Assembly: GCA_950097015.1 (NCBI GenBank)
Contig: CATNEN010000005.1
Span: forward strand, 2,976,001 to 3,040,000
DNA length: 64,000 nucleotides
Direction: 5' to 3'
Origin: Macrostomum hystrix
Taxonomy: Eukaryota > Animalia > Platyhelminthes
Below, piece after piece: positions 48,411 through 58,494 of this stretch. Within the stretch, counting starts at the first letter, position 1. The number at the start of each line of letters is the position of its first letter. A program made the position numbers and the translations under genes. Under the pieces are notes generated by a model. The model was not told the origin of the DNA and did not search any database. It saw only the letters and a program-made list of their open reading frames with translations.

Positions 48411-51095
48411 CTGCTAGAGACAAGAAGCATGAGAAAACAACTGCTAGAGATAAGGAGCATGAGAAAACAACTGCTAGAGATAAGAAGCATGAGAAAACAA
48501 CTGTTAGAGATGAGAAGAATGAGAAAACAACTGTTAGAGATGAGAAGCATGAGAAAACAACTGCTAGAGATAAGAAGCATGAGAAAACAACTGTTAGAGA
48601 TAAGAAGCATGAGAAAACAACTGCTAGAGATAAGAAGCATGAGAAAACAACTGCTAGAGATAGGAAGCATGAGAAAACAACTGTTAGAGATGAGAAGAAT
48701 GAGAAAACAACTGTTAGAGATGAGAAGCATGAGAAAACAACTGCTAGAGATAAGAAGCATGAGAAAACAACTGCTAGAGATAAGAAGCATGAGAAAACAA
48801 CTGTTAGAGATGAGAAGAATGAGAAAACAACTGCTAGAGAAAAGAAGCATGAGAAAACAACTGCTAGAGATAAGAAGCATGAGAAAACAACTGTTAGAGA
48901 TAAGAAGCATGAGAAAACAACTGTTAGAGATGAGAAGAATGAGAAAACAACTGCTAGAGATAAGAAGCATGAGAAAACAACTGCTAGAGATAAGAAGCAT
49001 GAGAAAACAACTGTTAGAGATAAGAACCATGAGAAAACAACTATTAGAGATGAGAAGAATGAGAAAACAACTGCTAGAGATAAGAAGCATGAGAAAACAA
49101 CTGCTAGAGATAAGAAGCATGAGAAAACAACTTTTAGAGATGAGAAGAATGAGAAAACAACTGCTAGAGATAAGAAGCATGAGAAAACAACTGCTAGAGA
49201 TAAGAAGCATGAGAAAACAACTGTTAGAGATAAGAAGCATGAGAAAACAACTATTAGAGATGAGAAGAATGAGAAAACAACTGCTAGAGATAAGAAGCAT
49301 GAGAAAACAACTGCTAGAGATAAGAAGCATGAGAAAACAACTGTTAGAGATGAGAAGAATGAGAAAACAACTGTTAGAGATGAGAATAATGAGAAAACAA
49401 CTGCTAGAGATAAGAAGCATGAGAAAACAACTGTTAGAGATGAGAAGCATGAGAAAACAACTGCTAGAGATAAGAAGCATGAGAAAACAACTGCTAGAGA
49501 TAAGAAGCATGAGAAAACAACTGCTAGAGATAAGAAGCATGAGAAAACAACTGCTAGAGATAAGAAGCATGAGAAAACAACTGCTAGAGATAAGAAGCAT
49601 GAGAAAACAACTGCTAGAGATGAGAAGCATGAGAAAACAACTGCTAGAGATAAGAAGCATGAGAAAACAACTGTTAGAGATGAGAAGAATGAGAAAACAA
49701 CTGTTAGAGATGACAATAATGAGAAAACAACTGCTAGAGATAAGAAGCATGAGAAAACAACTGCTAGAGATAAGAAGCATGAGAAAACAACTGCTAGACA
49801 TAAGAAGCATGAGAAAACAACTGCTAGAGATAAGAAGCATGAGAAAACAACTGCTAGAGATAAGAAGCATGAGAAAACAACTGCTAGAGATAGGAAGCAT
49901 GAGAAAACAACTGTTAGAGATGAGAAGAATGAGAAAACAACTGTTAGAGATGAGAAGCATGAGAAAACAACTGCTAGAGATAAGAAGCATGAGAAAACAA
50001 CTGTTAGAGATGAGAAGAATGAGAAAACAACTGCTAGAGATAAGAAGCATGAGAAAACAACTGTTAGAGATAAGAAGCATGAGAAAACAACTGCTAGAGA
50101 TAAGAAGCATGAGAAAACAACTGCTAGAGATAAGAAGCATGAGAAAACAACTGCTAGAGATAAGAAGCATGAGAAAACAACTGCTAGAGATAAGAAGCAT
50201 GAGAAAACAACTGTTAGAGATAAGAAGCATGAGAAAACAACTGCTAGAGATAAGAAGCATGAGAAAACAACTGCTAGAGATAAGAAGCATGAGAAAACAA
50301 CTGCTAGAGATAAGAAGCATGAGAAAACAACTGCTAGAGATAAGAAGCATGAGAAAACAACTGCTAGAGATAGGAAGCATGAGAAAACAACTGTTAGAGA
50401 TGAGAAGAATGAGAAAACAACTGTTAGAGATGAGAAGCATGAGAAAACAACTGCTAGAGATAAGAAGCATGAGAAAACAACTGCTAGAGATGAGAAGCAT
50501 GAGAAAACAACTGCTAGAGATAAGAAGCATGAGAAAACAACTGCTAGAGATAGGAAGCATGAGAAAACAACTGTTAGAGATGAGAAGAATGAGAAAACAA
50601 CTGTTAGAGATGAGAAGCATGAGAAAACAACTGCTAGAGATAAGAAGCATGAGAAAACAACTGCTAGAGATAAGAAGCATGAGAAAACAACTGTTAGAGA
50701 TGAGAAGAATGAGAAAACAACTGCTAGAGATAAGAAGCATGAGAAAACAACTGCTAGAGATAAGAAGCATGAGAAAACAACTGCTAGAGATGAGAAGCAT
50801 GAGAAAACATCTGTTAGAGATGAGAAGAATGAGAAAACAACTGCTAGAGATAAGAAGCATGAGAAAACAACTGCTAGAGATAGGAAGCATGAGAAAACAA
50901 CTGCTAGAGATGAGAAGCATGAGAAAACAACTGCTAGAGATGAGAAGCATGAGAAAACATCTGTTAGAGATGAGAAGCATGAGAAAACATCTGTTAGAGA
51001 TGAGAAGAATGAGAAAACAACTGCTAGAGATAAGGAGCATGAGAAAACAACTGCTAGAGATAAGAAGCATGAGAAAACAACTGCTAGAGATGACA
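48411..51095. repeat. 30-bp minisatellite GAGAAAACAACTGCTAGAGATAAGAAGCAT, ~89 copies
   Basis: Tandem units; unit length is a multiple of 3, so three frames stay open (896-909-aa pseudo-ORFs). Confidence 0.97.
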
Positions 51096-51975
51096 AGACA
51101 CGGAAAATACACGAATTAGACGATAAAATTATTTATTGGGTCTTTCAAATAGCAATTCAAAAATGAATTAAATCCAAAAGGGTAAAATTTTTGACTAAAT
51201 AGTTAATTATAACTGACAAAAGCCACCACACAATGGCGTTTCAATAAAAAGCATGTTAGTTTTATTTCCAAAATATAGCATGCATTACAATTCCTTAAAC
51301 TGACACTGTACAGTACTGGACAGTAATTTTAACACATTTACATAACGAAATGTGGTTCAAACTAGTACCGATTTTTCAGACACACCACACATTTTTTCAA
51401 TAACTTGCACGACTCATAAATAAGAAAAAAACAATGCTTATCTAAACATATTGAAAGGAGATTGAAGTAGGAGAAATGGGACAGAATAGAGATAAAACTA
51501 TTAGGAATAGGGGAGAGAGAAGGGGAGAATTAAAATATGAGGAGAGAGAGAGAAGGGGAGATAAACAGATGAGGAGAGAGAGAGAAGGGGAGATAAACAG
51601 ATGAGGAGAGAGAGAAAAGGGGAGAATTGAAAAATGAGAGATTTTAATAAAATAGTGAACATAATGATAACAATAAAGATTAATAAACTACATTAAAGTA
51701 ACCCATTTAAACATTTAAGTTAATATAATACAGCGATACCCACAAGCATGCAAATATTATCAATGGACAAAGAAATGAATTGTCAAATTGTTAAACAAAC
51801 TTTGTCCTACTTGTTACTGATAAAGTGATGTTTATAGCAATGCGAGGGAGAGAGGAGACACGAGAAGGCATGGCACACAGCTTCAAGACACACACACACA
51901 CAAACAGAGGCGCACACAGCATACTGATCAGCGCCAGCCAGTCTGTTTTGCGTGTGTCCGCGGACAAGTTCATGT

Positions 51976-54900
51976 TTACTTTTTTATGCTAAACGCCAGC
52001 TTAGGTCGAGCCTTCTTCTTATTGAGAATGATCTCCTGCTGAACGCTGTGAGCTCGGCGTTGCTGGTCCTCGACTAACTGGCGGGATTCGAGCTCGCGCC
52101 GCTCCCGTTCCACTTTGTCCAATTGCTGTTCGGCCTTGTTGTGGCGATGAAAATTGTTGGCGCGAGTTTAAAATGGACTTTGTCAAATTATGGATTGACG
52201 CTAATAATGGATTATTATGAAGCCGATGATGCTTACTGGGGGCATTAGGCGATCACTTAGGATTCTTTGGCGATAAATTAGAAATCCATGGGGATAATTT
52301 AGAATTTAGAATCGGGATAATTAATTATTTAGGATAACTTGGAGATAATTTGGGATTCTATTGATATCATTAAAGATTATAAGAGTAGTTTTGCATTTTA
52401 AGGATTAATTTCGGACTAAACACTTAACACAGTCAAATAAAAAACATTGCTTGTTTCTCACCTGCTTGCGCAGAGCCTCCTGAATTTTACGATTATTTTC
52501 TTCCTCAATCCGAGCCAATTCTTCTAATCGTCTGCGTTCTTCGTCCTGTTTAAAAAGTTCGGGGTAATTATCCCCCCGAGGATTCGGGGGTCGGGGGAGA
52601 CGAACAGATGAAAAATTGGCTTAGTTAATTTCTGGTTTTAATTAAGACTAAATTTTTAACTGTGCTACTCATAGTAGCTGTGTGAGTCTTGAATTATTTT
52701 CGTTGAGATTTTTTGCTTCAGTAGTAAAAATCGACAGCTTTTTTTAACCGGAACATTGTTGGATACTCCAACAATCTCCCCCGCATGCCTGCTTTGCTTC
52801 TTCCCATCGGATCGTAAATGGGAAATGGGAAGATTTCGCGATTAGTCAATGATATCAATAAGTAGTCTGTACAAAACACATCGCCTAAATTTCATATAAA
52901 TTGTAAAAAAATACGAATTATATTTTACCAACAAAAAATCACTTGCCATCCAGTGGTAACTCCAAATAAAACGCGATCAAAGCATCCTGGCTTGAAGAAG
53001 AAGATAAGCCGAGCCACGGAACGGCGTACGCGGCGACTGTAGTTCAGTGGCCAATTTATTTGGCCATCGCGTAATTTCAATGGCAATATTGATCACACAT
53101 ACAAAAAAACACAGGATACAAAAAACAAAACAATTTTTTATTAAATTAAAACCTGAAAGCGGATAATTATCTTCTTAAAAGATCTATATTCTAAATGCAT
53201 TAACGGATAGAAGAATAAACCTATTGCTTAAGGAAACTTTAATATATCTCTCATTCTGGTACCTTCTGTTGAATTTATAATTGAAATTCGCAGGCTATAA
53301 AAACCGCCTATCGTTACCTCTTTCCGTCGTTCGGCTTCCATTCGCGCCTCGTGCTGGCGTTGAACCTCGTCAGCTAGCTTGCGCTCCAGCTCGGCCCGAT
53401 AAGCTTCAATGCGACGATTGACTTCGGCTTCGATTTCAGACTGGCGCTCGGCGACGGCTTCGCGAACGCGACGCTCGACTTCTTCTTGGACGCGTTTCGC
53501 GACTTCAGCTTCCAGTAGTTTCTCTTCCATAGCGCGCTGCCGCTCGAGACGTTGCCTTTCGCGCCTGTAGAAAATTTGATTTTTCCTATACATATCGGCT
53601 AGATGTTACAACCGAAATAACTAACATATAATTTTTACCGACTATAACTGACTCTGGATATTAAAAGTAATCACGTAATCATAAACTAGAACATACTTTT
53701 TCGCTACATATCGGAAATGAAGATATGAACATTACTGTTAGTAGAACAGTAGCACGCCAAGTCAAGTCGGCTCTTGCAAAAATCGCATATAGAGACACAA
53801 ACTAGTTTCTCACCTTTCATTCTCAATAGCCACTCTTTTCTCTTCCTCCTCCTTCTGTTTAGCCTCGAGAATCTTGCGATCAATCTCTTTTAGTGTCTCT
53901 AGATCCGAGTCTGTTGAAGCTGCTCCAGCACTGCTTTTAGACGAGCTGCTTGATGATGAATAGGACCGCTTTCTGTTTTTGCAAAAAAAGAATAACAGGG
54001 GAATAATTTTTTTATGTAAAAACTTTTCGACTTGAGAAATATGGTTGATAATATATTTTTTACACTCTAACAAATACTTGAACAGAGCAAATTAAAAAAG
54101 GTACATTTTATATACAAAAAACAAGACCTTTTGTTTTGGCTGACATTTTGTCAACTGCCCTTTTATCAACAGGGATTGTAATGATTGATGCCTATAGTTG
54201 GTTATTTTATCAACTAGCCTTACTGAGACACCCAAGGAGATGGTCACTTTGTTAATTTTTTAAATAATGTTATGAGTTTATGAACTGCAATATTAGGAGA
54301 CCTAACACAATATTATTCATTTTATATCTTTGTTAACAAATGATCTAGGCTAAAAACAGCAAAACCAAAAGCAAAAGGCAACTTGTTGCCTGTGTAACTG
54401 TGGTCAATTGAGTTGACAACAGTATGTGCTTAGTCTGCTCTGCTCAGGGGATTTCTTATGAAACATATGAGTCATCAATTTGAGTTATACAAGTCATGTA
54501 ATTTACATGAAAAAGTTAGGCTATGAATTACATGTACTCCTAGAGACACATTGGGTGCACATATTAAGCATATGAAGCACATATTAACAATAATTGTTAA
54601 TATACCTCCATACTAGTTGAGCCCTATACAAATTGTATGAAGTTTAATTTGATTTAATTTTACAAAAATTTCAAAGCAAAATTTTCATTTTGATTAACAC
54701 TCTTTTGCTCTTTGCTGTTGCTAACCAGGGCCATTTTATTAAAATTCTAGGATACCAAGTGACATGTGGATGCGGCAGACATTTTTCATGCACAAAAAGC
54801 CATGCCTTTATCATAAGGGCATAAAAAATTGAACCCTTAATGGCTAAGCAAAAGCAAGAGACTCCCAAACCCAGAGATACATAGGATCAGGGATAAGTAT

Positions 54901-55505
54901 GAAATAGAGTTTTTTAAATCAACTTAACTTAAGGGCCACATTTAGATTTAATTTGGCATAGTCCCACATGCCAGAGTTTGCCAATACTTGCCTTATAGAA
55001 ACATATAGCCATAATTTTTAAGTTAGTTTAACTTAAAATATAAATTTTGCCATAGAATATAAATATACATAAAATAGCTAGGCGAGTATATGCCTAAGTA
55101 AGGTAAAATAAAAGCACAAAATCATTACCTATGCGTAACACTACTTAATTAAGCATTTAAAATTTGATGGCACATATGGTATAATGCATTTGGAGGAATA
55201 AAAACATTTAGATAATTTTTAGATACTAAGTTACAAACATATTATTATTATATTATCGAATATCAACTCTACCTGTGCTTGCTGTCACTCTTGGAAGAGT
55301 GATGATCCTTCTTTGATTTATTTTTGTCTGACTTCTTAGATGACTTCTTGTGCTTCCTTTCAGTCCTGTACTCTTTTTCTCTGTGACTATGCTTATCATC
55401 ATAGTATGTATCCCGGCCTTCTCTTTCCTCATGAGCATCATTCTGCTTAACCTTTTTGCTTCTTGAATGACCTGGACTGCGGCTCCTAGACCTCGATTTA
55501 CCCAT
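51976..55505 (-). CDS. ARGLU1: Arginine and glutamate-rich protein 1, 5 exons, 293 aa
   Basis: Exons 55505-55273, 53972-53814, 53564-53318, 52545-52462, 52134-51976 (phases 2,2,0,0). N-terminal MGKSRSRSRSP, EEEEKR, EEKLLEAEVAKRVQEEVERRV, EEENNRKIQEA and C-terminal QEIILNKKKARPKLAFSIKK. Confidence 0.95.
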
Positions 55506-56590
55506 GCGACTAGAGGATTAAAAAGCAGGATCACTAATTTGACTGTCTAGAAGTTGAATCAGCCCTAGCGTTTTTTCCTAGAGTATAATAATCAAAGTCT
55601 AGTGTAATTAACGGTAATTAAAAAATCCAAGTTAAAAATATATAAAAAGCTGGCAAAAGTATTTCAATTACACTCTGACTTATATAAACGATATATTGAA
55701 GGAGACAAAATTTCCTTAACGTATAACTGAATTGTGATGGTTTTACATTTTATATACTCTTCTTTTGTTATATTCTTATTTTCGTCGAAACAAAAGTTTT
55801 ATTAGGCCTAATGTAGATTTACAATTTGTATTTGTAAAGAATCTCGCTCGAGGACCACGCCGAGATCGCGGTACACCCCTTTCGTCGTATTTCTTTCCAT
55901 TTCAAACAAATTCCTCATTTATCGGTTTCAATAACTAAAAACCGTTACACCAATATAGTATCGTTTCTATTTCGTCACAATATTATTGAAACATACACTC
56001 TAATTAAATATTTTAAAAAATCCAAGAAAACGACTCAAAAAAACTTAAAGCTAGGGTTCTGAAGAAATACTTAGTAACATATTAAAGTATTTTTTGCAAT
56101 TCCAGGCCTAGAAGGAAACAATCTTTAAGTTTTTATACACTTTTTTCTGAAAATAACTAATGCTTTTAAAATCATGTTTCTAAAAAAGTCATTAGTATTG
56201 GCAGTGTACACTCCCGTATGCCGTATGCTGTATCCTGTAGTCTAATATTACCCATGTTGTAACTGTCCCCTAATTTTTGCGACGTATCTAACTTGCACAT
56301 TCTTTTCTGTAGACTGACAAAAATATTTAGGCAATTCAATCTCTACACCAATACATTAAATATCTTTTAAATACACAAATCGAACTATATTCTCCTCAGT
56401 TAAATTCAAGGCCTAACTCATTATTTTATTTATTCACAGTCATATTGCAGTATTGTAATTATTATTATTATTATTTATAAGCTAGGCCTACTTGAACTAC
56501 ACACCTTTCACTATTAGAATTAAATTAATTTGCTGAATTGACCTAGAATTTAACCTATTGGTTATACTTATTATTAGTTTAGGCCCGGCA

Positions 56591-57197
56591 GAGCTTATTT
56601 CCCCAGTCCCGTGCCAATAATTTCAATTTTATCCACACAGATCTGTGCCGATAATTTTCTGCTTATCCACATGGCCAGCTTGTATTAATAGGTCTACAAC
56701 TCTTTATATAAATATGCCGTGCCGTTAATTTCAATTTTATCTACATGGAGCCGTGCCAATAATTTTCTGCTTATCCACATGGCAGCTTGTATGAATAGGT
56801 CTAAAACTCTTTATATATGCCATACGGTTAATTTCAATTTAATCCACGCAGTTCTGTTCTCTGAAACGAGGCCCTTTTGGGTTTGAACATTTTGTTGAAC
56901 CCTTGAGCCAATAAATCAACAAAGTTGCCAGTGTGTTACGACAGTGTTCTATATTTTGACCTACACATTCATTATTATTATACATCATTGTTATTCTTTT
57001 ACACTATACATTGATTGTGTACACTAACACTATACACTATACTCTGAAGCAAAAGCCTTATGCTCAGAGAAGAATAGGTTGGGACTTGAAAGTAGACCTA
57101 TTCATACAAGCTGCTGTGTGGATAAGCAGAAAATTATCGGCATGGATCCGTGTGGATAAAATTGAGATTATTGGCACTGGACTGTGGGAATAAGCAC
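56591..57197. mobile_element. Foldback/MITE-like element with ~110-bp inverted arms and internally duplicated left arm
   Basis: 56593-56700 matches the reverse complement of ~57090-57195; the left arm is repeated at ~56717-56850. No convincing TSD. Confidence 0.65.
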
Positions 57198-58494
57198 TTC
57201 CTTTAGGCTCTACTATATATTACATTTTCTTCATTGAGATGATTGAGATATTTGAGATATTGAGATATTGAGATATGATTGAGATATTTTTCTAACTTAA
57301 ATTTGACCTTAACAAGCATTTTGCCTGCTCCATATCCAACTATAGATCTATCTGTCTATTTGTTTTTTTCTATCAACTTCTTTCAACATGGGCCTATAGT
57401 GTATGTACTTTTTGTATGACACTTTCTGCCCCATATTTGTCTGCTATTAAGATTAGGTACATGTTTTAATAATACTGAAGTCATAGATTATGGACACTTG
57501 GTTGGATTACGAAAACTAGTTAGAATCATACATGTGCAACCTACAGAATCTCAGCTGGCCATGTGACTTAGTTTTGAACCCAAATACATACAATATCCAT
57601 TGCGACAGATTAGTTTGATAAGATTATATACACTTTTCATTGCAAACATAATGATTAGGATTTTTGGTGAGTGGGTTTTCGTAGGAAGTAGAAATGTGAA
57701 ACATTAAAAGAAGTCACAATAACAAATCACAATTATGACCCAATTGTCACTGGTTTACTTGCAACTTGAACTGATACAATTCAGGAGCAGATTATGATGC
57801 ATCAATTGATTATGGGAAGAATTCATATTGTAAAAAGGCAAGGGTCTTCCTGCTGCAAGATTATCCCAAAGCCAATTTAAGGTTTAGGAAAGGTGTAATT
57901 ATATTATTGAAATAATATAACTGTAAAGTTACATGTAGTTTGTACATCACAGCTGCAGACTCTGCATTGATTTGAGATCTCATTTCAATTGAACATTGAG
58001 ATGAGATCATACTGGCAAAATATTCCAGTTTTATGGAAACTGATGCCTTAGTGGGAAGTCTGCTATAAGGGACTTTTTTTCTGCTATGTTTCTTTCTCTC
58101 ATTCATGACTCATTTTTCTTTGTCTATGACATTGTTTTGCCTTACAAGAGAAAAATAACAGAGAGAATAAGAAAAAATAATAATCAAATCAAATAGTAAA
58201 TGAGTTCAAGAAGAAAGCAGAAAGAAGATGGGAAGACAAGTACAGAGAGAGGGTAAAAGAGAAGAAAAACTGAGAGTAGAATAGAAAAAAGCAGAGAAAG
58301 TAAAAGTAAAAATGGAAATGTGAAAATAAAACTGAGGAAATTTGTTCAAATTGAGTTGTTATTAAACCTATAAAAACTAACTAAGTTTCTAAAAAATAAA
58401 ACTAAACTAACCCTACTGTACTTTAAATTAATATATTTACTAATCGACCTCATTTTACCACTTTCAGATGCTTAAAAACTGAAGCAATCCCAAA

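Noticed and set aside
48383-51119. Three 896-909-aa ORFs on both strands (coiled-coil-like or hydrophobic repeats)
   Set aside because: A pure 30-bp array with no stops in those frames, no unique coding flanks and no splice context; open frames on both strands are expected for such units.
56629-57159. Cluster of DnaA-box 9-mers suggesting a bacterial oriC or contamination
   Set aside because: They lie inside an inverted-repeat element between two spliced eukaryotic genes; better explained as transposon subterminal motifs.
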